Shown here one piece after another: positions 1-9,073 of a stretch of DNA of 64,000 nt. Positions within the stretch are counted from its first letter, which is position 1, and each line of letters begins with the position of its first letter. The stretch is from Candidatus Latescibacterota bacterium. GTDB taxonomy: Bacteria; Latescibacterota; UBA2968; UBA8231. Where the stretch lies: the NCBI GenBank assembly GCA_963422735.1, contig OY730476.1, positions 128,001 to 192,000 on the forward strand, in the 5' to 3' direction. The notes below the pieces were generated by a model. It ran no database searches. It had not been told where the DNA came from and saw only the letters and a program-made list of their open reading frames with translations. Made by a program: the position numbers and the translations under genes.

Positions 1-617
1 GGGCCGCCGCGGTGGATTGAGCGGCCGTTGAAGAATACGATGTCGCCCTTGTCTGCTTCAATGGCAATTTCCGGCAACTTATTGCACGCGAAAAGAGCAT
101 CAAAAGCGTCGTCCTGGTCCCAGCCATACCAAGGGCCTAACTCGCCGTTTTCATCGCGGCGGAAATGACGCTTTTCTATTAGCTCTCCCTTGTGGGAGCC
201 TATCTGAATATGAATGCTACCGTTGCGGGCGCTGACTTGCTGGAGAGCGACCCAAGCCGACATGCAGCCCGGCAGGAAAAAGGCGTCTTGGTGCCGACGT
301 TGTTCAGATCCTTTGTAAAAATACATGCTCTGGACTCCGTCTGGCTCGTCGCCGAGGAAGGTGCACAGCGGCTGGCGCAGCCTGGGATCAAGCATCCAAG
401 ATAGGCCGGCCGGATGGTGCAGACTGCGGCTGATTAGGCGGCTCCAATCGTCCGGCTGGCGCGGGGGATAGCCCTCGATGCTGAAGCGGCCGGCGTGGAG
501 GTCCATCATGTAGGCGACAAAGCGGTCGCACTCGTCGGCGCTAAATCCGCCGCGGACGATCACATAGCCGTCGCGCTCGTACTGCTCTTGGTGCGGGGAG
601 GTTATTTCCAGTTCCAT
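1..617 (-). CDS. Phytanoyl-CoA dioxygenase (PhyH) family Fe(II)/2OG dioxygenase, runs off the left edge
   Basis: Manual translation from ATG at 617: MELEITSPHQEQYERDGYVIVRGGF...RHQDAFFLPGCMSAWVAL...NGSIHIQIGSH...KGDIVFFNGRSIHRGG. Has the HxD...H triad and is open to the edge; not in the ORF track. Confidence 0.85.
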   Translation of the reverse strand, partial: MELEITSPHQEQYERDGYVIVRGGFSADECDRFVAYMMDLHAGRFSIEGYPPRQPDDWSRLISRSLHHPAGLSWMLDPRLRQPLCTFLGDEPDGVQSMYFYKGSEQRRHQDAFFLPGCMSAWVALQQVSARNGSIHIQIGSHKGELIEKRHFRRDENGELGPWYGWDQDDAFDALFACNKLPEIAIEADKGDIVFFNGRSIHRGG

Positions 618-646
618 TGTGTTCTCGCTCTGTGATTATGGGCTTG

Positions 647-682
647 ACTACTGACTGAATTAACGTTAATTCAGTCAGTAGT
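647..682. promoter_or_regulatory. Perfect 36-bp palindrome overlapping a TTGACT -35-like hexamer; putative operator
   Basis: ACTACTGACTGAATTAAC|GTTAATTCAGTCAGTAGT ends immediately before the ATG at 683; TTGACT at 644-649. Confidence 0.65.
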
Positions 683-1834
683 ATGTCCAATATTTATATT
701 CCCCAAGCACAACTTGCTCGACTTAAGCGCTTAGCTACCCCTGGTAAAGTCGCCGTGGTGTACGGTCCTAGGCGAGTGGGCAAGACCACCTTGATCCAGC
801 ATTACGTCCAACAGTACGACCGCGACGCCCTCTTGGTGACTGGGGAAGATATAACGGTGCGCGAGTATTTGGAAAGTCAATCCTTAGTCAAATTGCAAGC
901 CTTTATCGGCCAACGGCGCACATTAATTATCGACGAAGCCCAGTACGTGCGGCAAATCGGCCTGAATCTGAAGCTATTAGCCGATCACGTCGAAGGGCTG
1001 CGCATGATCGCCACGGGGTCTTCTTCCTTTGATCTAGCTCAGCAGACGGGAGAGCCCTTGACGGGCCGCAGATACACCCTGCTGCTGTTGCCCTTGGCCC
1101 AGCTCGAACTGCAGGAGGTGGAAACAGCCCACCAAACTAGGGCCCAGCTCGAACTGCGGTTGATCTACGGGTCGTATCCCGAAGTCGTCCTCATGGAGTC
1201 GAACGAAGACCGCCAGCTTTATATAAAGGAACTAATCGCTTCCTATCTGTTCAAAGATATTCTACAGTTGGAAGGCATCCGACACGCCGACAAATTGCTC
1301 CGCTTGCTCCAGTTGCTTGCCTTTCAGATTGGCCGCGAGGTTTCAGTGGCGGAATTGGGAACCCAACTAGGCATGAACAAGAACACGGTGGAGCGCTATC
1401 TCGACCTGCTCGAAAAAGCCTATATCCTCTATAGCCGCCGCGGCTTCAGCCGCAGTCTCCGCAAGGAAATTACCAAAAGCCGGCGGTACTATTTTTACGA
1501 CAATGGCATTAGGAACGGGCTAATCAACAACTTCAACGTCTTGTCTTTGCGAGACGATGTGGGGGCCTTGTGGGAGAACTATGCCTTGGTCGAACGACTG
1601 AAGTACAACCTATATACGGGGCGCTTGGCCGAGAGCCATTTCTGGCGCACCTACGACCAACAGGAGATCGACTTGATTGAGGAGTGGGGAGGGGATCTGC
1701 ACGCCGCTGAAATGAAGTGGTCGCCTCAAACCACCACCCAAGCACCCCGAGGCTGGCGCGAGGCGTACCGCGACAGTTCGTTTGAGGTCATTCATCAAGG
1801 GAATTACCTCGATTTTATTACCGGTTCAAAATAG
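683..1834 (+). CDS. AAA_14 + DUF4143 ATPase (ATP-binding protein with wHTH and C-terminal nuclease-like region)
   Basis: Walker A GPRRVGKTT, Walker B IIDEAQ, ATGSS, YGSYPEV, YFYDNGIRN, EIDLIE...AEMKW. Confidence 0.9.
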   Translation: MSNIYIPQAQLARLKRLATPGKVAVVYGPRRVGKTTLIQHYVQQYDRDALLVTGEDITVREYLESQSLVKLQAFIGQRRTLIIDEAQYVRQIGLNLKLLADHVEGLRMIATGSSSFDLAQQTGEPLTGRRYTLLLLPLAQLELQEVETAHQTRAQLELRLIYGSYPEVVLMESNEDRQLYIKELIASYLFKDILQLEGIRHADKLLRLLQLLAFQIGREVSVAELGTQLGMNKNTVERYLDLLEKAYILYSRRGFSRSLRKEITKSRRYYFYDNGIRNGLINNFNVLSLRDDVGALWENYALVERLKYNLYTGRLAESHFWRTYDQQEIDLIEEWGGDLHAAEMKWSPQTTTQAPRGWREAYRDSSFEVIHQGNYLDFITGSK

Positions 1835-2833
1835 AACGCGATTTGTGAAGATTGCGATAGGAGATTACTGTCGGCTTGCTGGTGGCCGTACGGGCTCTCT
1901 AGCCGCTACTCTGCCGGGGGCCTCGTATTGGTTGTCTGGACCAGTACCAAGCTCAGCGCTACTGCCCAGCGCGTACCGGCATTGATCGCTCCTCCATCCG
2001 CGCTCAGATCCAACTAGTTGTCTAACCACGCTTCGCAGAGACCGCCCTCGATTTGCTCTGGACGGCTCAACGCCAAGAGCCTCGCCCTTAGTCCGCCGCA
2101 CAGGGCGACAAATAGATTGCCCGCACATCCACTGCTCGTCCTCGAGCCGCACTGGCGACCATCCGGGCGATCCTCCCCATTGCTCAAAACAAGGTCTCCA
2201 ACTCTGGTAAAAGGGTGGTCCCGCGCTTGTTAGTGGCTCCTAAGCGCGGCGCACATCGGCGTGTTGGATGGGCCCAGATGCCGCCGTCGCGGTAACACAG
2301 AACCGCAGCGTGTGCTTAGCTGTCAATGGAATTCCGCTGCGGCCGCGATGAGCGTCCCCCCGCCCCGGGTGAATTAGGCGCAGCATAGTGTTCAGATACA
2401 ACGACCCATCTGCCCCCGCCCAAGTCTTCTGCATGGTGCTCTGAGGTGAAGGCCGTCAGCATCGCATAGGCACTGAACGGTGCATAGCGCGAGGCGGTGG
2501 AACCTACTTCTACCGGGATCAGGCGCGGGTCCGGATTGGCCGCCAAGCAGAGCATGGACTCTGCTCGGTGAACGCGTATGGCGAAGCAACCAACCGGTAG
2601 CGGCTCGCCGGCGACTAGCCGGAATATGGCTAGTCTGCCTCCCTCCTGCCGAACCCAAGCCAACGCGAGCGGCCGATGCGTCCGACCAAATTCTTCCTCT
2701 CGCAGGTAAATAGTCCAATGTTCATTAATTTGACGATCTCCTCGTCAGTGCGAATAAAGCGGTCAGCGATTGCTGTCCAGACAGACAGTTTGGAGGCGAG
2801 GCGGACGACATTGCCTAGGGCAAATTACATGCC

Positions 2834-3790
2834 CTAGTACCCTTTCTTCTTGTCGATGATATTGAGCACCGGTTCGCCCCTGAGGTAGCGCTCTAATTGG
2901 ACGCAGAAGAACTTGTAGATCTTGCGCGGTCGGTGCTGCGAGGCACCGGCACGATGCGGGGTGAGGATGATGTTGGGCGCGTCCCAGAGTGGGGATTCGG
3001 GAGGTAGCGGCTCGATTTCAGTAACGTCGATACCGGCACCAGCAATCTGCCCTTCGTGCAGTGCTTGGCAGAGAGCGTCCTCGTCGATGATGCCGCCCCG
3101 CGTCACGTTGATCAGATAGGCGCTCTCCTTCATCAGCACCAGTTCCTCGCGCCCGATGAGGTGGTACGTCTCTTCAGTGAGCGGACAGGCCATCATCACC
3201 ACGTCGGCGCGCCGGAGGAGGCTGTGCAGGTTTTCGCGGGTGTTGTATTTGAGTTCGGAAACGCCCGGCGGCAGGTCGCGGCGCACCGGATCAATGGCGA
3301 TGATCGGCATGTCGTACCCGGCGGCCCGCTTGGCCATTTCAACCCCAAAGCCCCCTAGCCCCACAAGGCCCAACGTTTGCCCGGTCAGTTCGACGGTAGT
3401 GCCACCGGACCACTTGCGCTGGTCGTTGTGGCGAATCGACTGAGCGATGCCCCGGGTCAGGGCGAGGAGCAAGGCCCAGGCGTGTTCGCCGCCTTGGGGG
3501 GCATACAGCCCGGCCACGTTGGAAATGGCGACTTCGTCTCGGGCGATGATTTCGGGGAAGAGGAACTTGTCCATGCCGGTGCTAAAAGACTGGACCCAGC
3601 GCAGGTTGGGGGCGGCGGCGCAGACCGCGGGCGGGAAGTTGCCGACGATGATGTCGATCTCGCTGGCTACGGCGAGGGCCTCTTGATCGTCGTTGGCGAC
3701 AAAGACTTCGTGTCCGCCGTTTTCGTACGCTATATGGCGCAGGTGGTCGTGCTGTTCGTCGGTGAATGGGTAGTGGACTAGGATCTTCAC
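2834..3790 (-). CDS. D-2-hydroxyacid dehydrogenase (NAD(P)-dependent)
   Basis: GLVGLGGFG Rossmann motif, INVTRG, EPLP, TPHRAG; GTG start at 3790 after GGAGG. Confidence 0.9.
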   Translation of the reverse strand: MKILVHYPFTDEQHDHLRHIAYENGGHEVFVANDDQEALAVASEIDIIVGNFPPAVCAAAPNLRWVQSFSTGMDKFLFPEIIARDEVAISNVAGLYAPQGGEHAWALLLALTRGIAQSIRHNDQRKWSGGTTVELTGQTLGLVGLGGFGVEMAKRAAGYDMPIIAIDPVRRDLPPGVSELKYNTRENLHSLLRRADVVMMACPLTEETYHLIGREELVLMKESAYLINVTRGGIIDEDALCQALHEGQIAGAGIDVTEIEPLPPESPLWDAPNIILTPHRAGASQHRPRKIYKFFCVQLERYLRGEPVLNIIDKKKGY

Positions 3791-3803
3791 GCTAACCTCC
3801 AAG

Positions 3804-4805
3804 CTAGGTTGAGAAATGAGATAGGATGCGATCGATGTAATTGGCGAGCGATTGTTCTAGGCGCGGCCCGAAGCGGGTTACCACTTGTGCCGCGGCATAG
3901 CAGCCCAGACGCGCCGCGTCTAAGGGACTGTACCCGTGGGACAGCCCGTAGAGTGCGCCACCGGCAAAGAGATCGCCGGCACCGTTGGTGTCGATAGCTT
4001 GCACTGGGATGCCGGGCACTTGGTAGTGGGTGCCGTCGGCGTACACTAGGGCGCCCTCGGCCCCGCACGTTACGTAAGCCGTGCCTACTTGGGAAGCCAA
4101 AACCGCGCCGGCTGTCTCTCGGTCGTCGATCCCGGTGCTGGCGAGGGCTTCCTCTTCATTACAGAAGAGCAGATCTACACCGTCTTGCAGGAGTGCGTCA
4201 AAGCGCGCCCGAAAGGCCCGGACGGCAAAAGGATCGCTCAGAGTCAGGGAGACGGCCGTGCCGTGCCGCTGGGCCATTTGCTGTGCTCGGCACGCAGCGG
4301 CAAAGCCGTCGTCCGAGCCGAGGAGATAGCCTTCTATATAAAGGTACTGGCTGTCAGCGATGACCTCCTCTTGGAGCTGGGTCGGACCGATGGCACTGCT
4401 GATGCCCAAAAAGGTGTTGAGGGTGCGGTCGGCATCGGGAGAAATAAAAACCAAGCATTGGCCGGTCTTGCCCGCGCCGCGGTTGGCCGGATGAGTGGCC
4501 ACGCCGGCTGCTTCGAGATCGCGCTGGTAAAAGTCGCCCCAAGCGTCGCGGCCGGTCAGGCAGGCGTAATAGGTTCGGCCGCCAAAGCGGGCGACGCCGA
4601 TGAGGGTATTGGCCGCCGAGCCGCCCGACGCCAAGGCTACTGGCTCGCCGCCGACGGCTGCTGTGAGGTTGCGCTGCCGCGCCTCATCAACGAGGGTCAT
4701 AACTCCCTTTTCAATTTGGTGCTCGGCGAGGAACTCTGGGGCGACTTGATATTGGATGTCCACTAGGGCGTGGCCGACTCCATAGACATCGTACGTGCGG
4801 GCCAT
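3804..4805 (-). CDS. PfkB family carbohydrate kinase (adenosine-kinase-like)
   Basis: GGSAANT, FCNEEEA, DTNGAGDLFAGG. Confidence 0.9.
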   Translation of the reverse strand: MARTYDVYGVGHALVDIQYQVAPEFLAEHQIEKGVMTLVDEARQRNLTAAVGGEPVALASGGSAANTLIGVARFGGRTYYACLTGRDAWGDFYQRDLEAAGVATHPANRGAGKTGQCLVFISPDADRTLNTFLGISSAIGPTQLQEEVIADSQYLYIEGYLLGSDDGFAAACRAQQMAQRHGTAVSLTLSDPFAVRAFRARFDALLQDGVDLLFCNEEEALASTGIDDRETAGAVLASQVGTAYVTCGAEGALVYADGTHYQVPGIPVQAIDTNGAGDLFAGGALYGLSHGYSPLDAARLGCYAAAQVVTRFGPRLEQSLANYIDRILSHFST

Positions 4806-4965
4806 GGGCTTTCCTTCGGGTAGAAAATAGGCAAAATAACCTATTCGCTCATGGCTGCCAAAGAGGGAAAGGGCAAATCTTTTCTTGTTTTAATTCGCAC
4901 TGCGAATATATTAAAACTTCTGCGGGAAACGCCCGCGCTTTCCACCCTTTACGGAGGTTGATGCA

Positions 4966-5487
4966 ATCGCAGCAAAGAAAAAGAGTTTCACGAGAGTAAA
5001 CGATGATATTCGCGTACCCCAGATCCGACTCATCGGGTCAGATGGGGGGCAGGTGGGGGTCATCGAAACGGCCCGTGCCTTGGCCATGGCGGAGGAAGCC
5101 AATCTCGACCTAGTGGAAGTGGCCGCCGAAGCGCGCCCGCCGGTCTGCCGGATTATCGACTACGGCAAGTTCCGTTACGACCAAGAGAAAAGGGCCAAGG
5201 AAGCTCGCAAGAAGCAGCAAAACGTGCAGATGAAGGGCATCCGCATTGCCGGGTCCAACATCTCTGAGCACGATCTCGAATATCGGATGGGCCATATCCG
5301 CACGTTCATCGAAAAGGGGAACCGGGTCAAAGTCAGCGTCCGCTTCAAAGGGCGGCAGATGGCCTATCAAGATCGGGGGCACCAAATACTGCGAGAGTTG
5401 GCTGCTAAGCTCGAGGATGTGGCCATCGTTGATCAGAATCCCAAAATGGAGGGCCGCGAAATGTCGCTCATTCTCAGGCCCCTCTGA
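4966..5487 (+). CDS. infC: Translation initiation factor IF-3, non-canonical ATC start
   Basis: RVNDDIRVPQIRLIG...LDLVEV...PPVCRIIDYGKFRY. GGAGG at 4953-4957 lies 8 nt before an in-frame ATC at 4966. Confidence 0.95.
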   Translation: MAAKKKSFTRVNDDIRVPQIRLIGSDGGQVGVIETARALAMAEEANLDLVEVAAEARPPVCRIIDYGKFRYDQEKRAKEARKKQQNVQMKGIRIAGSNISEHDLEYRMGHIRTFIEKGNRVKVSVRFKGRQMAYQDRGHQILRELAAKLEDVAIVDQNPKMEGREMSLILRPL

Positions 5488-5505
5488 AGTTGGTCCGGGG
5501 AGCGC

Positions 5506-5545
5506 AAAAAGGTCGGTGTCCGCACTGCGGGCGTCGGCCTTTTTT
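5506..5545. terminator. Intrinsic terminator after infC, possibly bidirectional
   Basis: A5, a GC-rich hairpin, then T6, between convergent genes. Confidence 0.7.
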
Positions 5546-5628
5546 ATTGGCACTCTTTTGCCGTCGCCTGCCTCGCGTCAAGGGTTTTGGCACTTAGGGA
5601 TAGAATCTCTTTTTTTAAGTCGATTGTT

Positions 5629-6429
5629 TCAGGAGGCAACGAGCAGATGTTCGGCTGCGCCATCGAGGCCGGCGATGACCGGGAAAGACTTCGACCGCGG
5701 GCCGTTGGCTCCGGGTACGTAGCGCACGTGGGGTGAGAAATAAGCGTAGAGCGCAGTGTTGCGCGAGCGGTCAGTCTGGTTGGGACCGGAACCGTGCACC
5801 ATCAAGCTGTGGAACAGCACAGCGGACCCAGCCGCGAGCGGCACGTCGATTTGGCCCGAGCGGTCGATGTCCTCGCGGTTAGTCAGCGGTGCCTCTTGCT
5901 GTTGGGCGATGTGGCCCCATTCCTGCAAACCCCAATGATGGCTGCCGGGAATGACCTTGATGCAGCCGTTGTCCGGAGTGGCGTCGTCGAGGGCGATGCT
6001 CACGGTCACGAGCGCGGGCGGATCCATTGGCCAATAAGCCGAGTCTTGGTGCAAGGCGTGGGCCGAGCCGTGGAAGGCGGGCTTGAGCATTAGGGTACTG
6101 CGGAAGAGGAGCAGGTCGTCCCCGAGGAGCGATTGCACGGTGGCGACGAGGCGGGGATGGGCCGCGAGTTGGGCAAAGCACGGCGACAGGGCGCGGGTGT
6201 TCTCGATTTTGCGCAGCACCGGCAGGCCGTTGTGGTTTTGGTCCTGAGAAAAAGGCTCGCGCTGAAAGTGGCTGCTGAGAAGATCTTGGCGCTCCTCTAG
6301 GTCGGCGGCTAGTTGGTGCAGGCGTTGGATCTCGCGTTGGCATTCGGCGACTTCGCGGCCGTTGAGCAGGCCGGGGACGATTAAGTAGCCCTGCTGCTCG
6401 AAAAAGGCTCGCTGCTTGTGTGGGTCCAT
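5629..6429 (-). CDS. PhyH family Fe(II)/2OG dioxygenase
   Basis: FEQQGYL, HQDSAYW, DNGCIKVIPGSH, HSLMVHGSGPN. Confidence 0.9.
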   Translation of the reverse strand: MDPHKQRAFFEQQGYLIVPGLLNGREVAECQREIQRLHQLAADLEERQDLLSSHFQREPFSQDQNHNGLPVLRKIENTRALSPCFAQLAAHPRLVATVQSLLGDDLLLFRSTLMLKPAFHGSAHALHQDSAYWPMDPPALVTVSIALDDATPDNGCIKVIPGSHHWGLQEWGHIAQQQEAPLTNREDIDRSGQIDVPLAAGSAVLFHSLMVHGSGPNQTDRSRNTALYAYFSPHVRYVPGANGPRSKSFPVIAGLDGAAEHLLVAS

Positions 6430-6511
6430 GCGGCACTCCTGCTGTTGAGGTGATAACCCGCTAAGTGTACACTGGCCGCCGATTATGTGTCAACCGGCCC
6501 CTAGCGAACCC

Positions 6512-8251
6512 ATGAAGCGATTCTTTCCATTTATCCATTGGCTGCCCGAACTCGGTCAGCCGGGTGTCTTGCGCGCCGATGTGGTCGCGGGCCTCACCGT
6601 GGCGACGATCCTCGTGCCCCAGGCCATGGCCTACGCCGAATTGGCGGGGCTGCCGCCGGTCTATGGGCTGTACGCGGCCTTTTTGCCACCGGCCGTAGCC
6701 GCGCTCTTTGGATCTTCCCGGCATTTGTCCACCGGCCCGGTGGCCATAGCTTCGCTCATCAGCGCGACGACCGTACAGGGGCTCGCCTCTGAGGGTAGCG
6801 AGCTATATATCGCCTATTCGCTGGTCTTGGGTTTGCTGGTCGGCCTGATACGGATCGCCTTGGGCGCGTTGCGGTTGGGCTTGCTGGTCGACTTGTTGTC
6901 CGGCCCGGTGGTCGTCGGCTTTACCAATGCCGCGGCCTTTATCATCGCCATCTCCCAATTGCACAAAGTGTTCGGTGTAGAGCCCCAGCAGGGGGGGCAT
7001 TTGCTGGCGGCTCTTCGCGTCATCGACGTGGCGCTGTTAGAGGTCCATTGGCCGACGCTGGGGATGGCGGCGTTGGCCGGGGGCCTGCTGGTGGTTTTGC
7101 GCCGCGTGCGCTGGGAGTTGCCGAGCATGTTGACGACGCTGGTGGTCACCACGTTCGTTTCTTGGCTGGCTGGGTTCAGCGGGGAAGTAATCGGCGAGAT
7201 CCCGCGCGGTTTGCCGCAGCCTTTGGTGCCGGCCCTAGACGCGGAGATCCTGTCCCAGCTCTTCGTGGGGGCCTTGACCTTGACGCTGCTCGGCCTGATG
7301 GAGGCCATGGCCATTGCCAAGACCCTTGCCGCACGGACGCGGCAGCATCTCGATATCAATCGGGAACTCATCGGCCAAGGCATGGCCAACGTGATCGGCG
7401 GGCTTTTCCAAAGCTATGCGACTTCGGGCTCGTTCTCGCGGTCGGCCGTCAACTACCAAAGCGGGGCGCGGACGGGTTTTTCATCGGTCGTGGCGTCGCT
7501 GGTCATCGCTGCGACCCTGCTCTGGCTCACGCCGCTGTTGTACTATCTGCCGCAAGCGACTCTCGCCGTTGTCATCATCGCCGCGGTGTGCGGCTTGGTG
7601 CGCATCCAACCCCTAGTGACAGCTTGGCGCATTAAAGCCCACGATGGGTTGATTGGGGTCGCGACTTTTGTCGGTACGCTGGTTTTGGCACCGGACCTGC
7701 ACTTGGGGGTTGGCCTTGGGGTGGGGGCTTCGCTGGTGCTCAACTTCTATCGCACCATGCGGCCCCGCGTGGTTTTTCTCGCCCGGCACCTCGACGGCAC
7801 GATGCGCGAGAGCGACGCGGGCCTGAAGCTGGATCAGCAGATCGCGATTATGCGCTTTGACGGCCAACTCTACTTCGGGTCGGGCCGTTATTTTGAGGAT
7901 AAGGTACTCGAAACGATCGCTTCGGCACCCGAGCTGAGGTACTTAATTCTCGATGCGGATGGAATCAACCGGATTGACGCGTCTGGAGAACAAGCGCTGC
8001 GCAACGTGGTTGAACGCCTGCGCGAAGTGGGGCTGGACCTGTACTTCACGCGGGCCAAATGGCAGCTTACCGACGCGCTGGAGCGGTCGGGGCTGATGGA
8101 GCAGATTGGCCGCGGTCACTTTTTTCGCTGGAATCAACACGCGCTCGAGTTCCTGTGGGCGCGGCTCAATCCCGATTACAAGGCGCGGTGTCCGCTCAAT
8201 GTGCCTCACTCCCAAGAGTCTAGGAACCGGGAGATCCAGTACTATATATAA
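6512..8251 (+). CDS. SulP/SLC26 anion permease with STAS domain
   Basis: AGLTVATILVPQAMAYA, GLY...GSSRHLSTGP, GSFSRS, STAS motif RIDASG. Confidence 0.92.
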   Translation: MKRFFPFIHWLPELGQPGVLRADVVAGLTVATILVPQAMAYAELAGLPPVYGLYAAFLPPAVAALFGSSRHLSTGPVAIASLISATTVQGLASEGSELYIAYSLVLGLLVGLIRIALGALRLGLLVDLLSGPVVVGFTNAAAFIIAISQLHKVFGVEPQQGGHLLAALRVIDVALLEVHWPTLGMAALAGGLLVVLRRVRWELPSMLTTLVVTTFVSWLAGFSGEVIGEIPRGLPQPLVPALDAEILSQLFVGALTLTLLGLMEAMAIAKTLAARTRQHLDINRELIGQGMANVIGGLFQSYATSGSFSRSAVNYQSGARTGFSSVVASLVIAATLLWLTPLLYYLPQATLAVVIIAAVCGLVRIQPLVTAWRIKAHDGLIGVATFVGTLVLAPDLHLGVGLGVGASLVLNFYRTMRPRVVFLARHLDGTMRESDAGLKLDQQIAIMRFDGQLYFGSGRYFEDKVLETIASAPELRYLILDADGINRIDASGEQALRNVVERLREVGLDLYFTRAKWQLTDALERSGLMEQIGRGHFFRWNQHALEFLWARLNPDYKARCPLNVPHSQESRNREIQYYI

Positions 8252-8261
8252 TAGAAGAGAA

Positions 8262-8591
8262 TCAGAACCGCTTGGTATCGGCGGGAGGGCTATCTGTGGC
8301 AGGGGAGTCGTCGGACAACAACTGGGTGAAGGAGTCGATGCGGGCATCGGCTCTGTTGAGCAGCGCGTCCTTGTGCTGGCGAGCGCGGATCACTTCTTCG
8401 GCGATATCGAGCGCGGCCAAGATGGCGATATCGAGCGGTGACCGATGCCCGACCTTAGCGGCGGTTTGCTGCATCTTCTCGTCGAGATAGGCCGCAGCGA
8501 GCCGGATATACTCGGGGTCTTGATCCTCGCTGTTGACGAGTTGATAAGTCTGATTGTAGATGTGGACTGCGATGGGCTGTTGTTGCGACAT
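8262..8591 (-). CDS. zapA: Cell division protein ZapA
   Basis: VHIYNQTYQL...AAAYLDEKM...AILAALDIAEE followed by coiled coil. Confidence 0.85.
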   Translation of the reverse strand: MSQQQPIAVHIYNQTYQLVNSEDQDPEYIRLAAAYLDEKMQQTAAKVGHRSPLDIAILAALDIAEEVIRARQHKDALLNRADARIDSFTQLLSDDSPATDSPPADTKRF

Positions 8592-8606
8592 GAGATTTTG
8601 TGAGAT

Positions 8607-8652
8607 AAAAAAGTGGGGACTTCCGCGATCTCCCCTTGTCCCGGAAGCCCCC
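8607..8652 (-). terminator. Terminator-like hairpin plus U-tract in the zapA leader
   Basis: On the minus strand GGGGGCUUCCG pairs with CGGAAGUCCCC (11 bp, one G-U), followed by ACUUUUUU, 15 nt before the zapA ATG. Confidence 0.6.
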
Positions 8653-8684
8653 TCTTTTGCGCGCTAACCACGTGGCAAATAACC

Positions 8685-8713
8685 AATCTATTGGGGTCGA
8701 AAATGTTTGTCAA
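8685..8713 (-). promoter_or_regulatory. Sigma70-type promoter upstream of zapA
   Basis: TTGACA-17 bp-TAGATT on the minus strand. Confidence 0.7.
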
Positions 8714-8824
8714 CTACATATTGGATATTTTTTTATGAAAATGAGAAATACGTTTGCATAAAATGAGAACTGCGACAGATGAGAGAATTTGACGGCCTGT
8801 GGAGTGCGTTCTTAGTTATTAAGC

Positions 8825-8950
8825 AACGGAATTTCCTAGTTTGCGGTTTCACTCGGCCTGCCCGTAGATCTCGTCCGGGCTAGCGCGGTCCCCCGCGTCG
8901 ATGTTCCGGGGCGGTACCCGCCGCCAAGGGGGCGGATGGGACTAACCACT
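8825..8950 (-). ncRNA. Candidate structured non-coding RNA, family not recognised
   Basis: Three adjacent GC-rich hairpins, one closed by a GGGA (GNRA) tetraloop on the minus strand, within AT-rich intergenic DNA. Confidence 0.3.
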
Positions 8951-9073
8951 AACCACTGATTAAACAGTCTTTATTCTAGAAAAGTCCGTTAAGATATCCT
9001 TACCAAGTGCCCAAAGTGCGTGCCAGCCCTCTTCTGGGCAAAGAAGAAGCGCACAACCGATCAATGTCTAAGA

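Noticed and set aside
8880-8945. HDV-like ribozyme on the + strand (ends GGCGGATGGGAC with an upstream GTCCC)
   Set aside because: No proper P1/P3/L3 consensus could be built, and the GNRA loop favours the minus strand.
8252-9020. 6S RNA next to zapA
   Set aside because: There is no room downstream of zapA, and the upstream element lacks a long rod with a central bubble.
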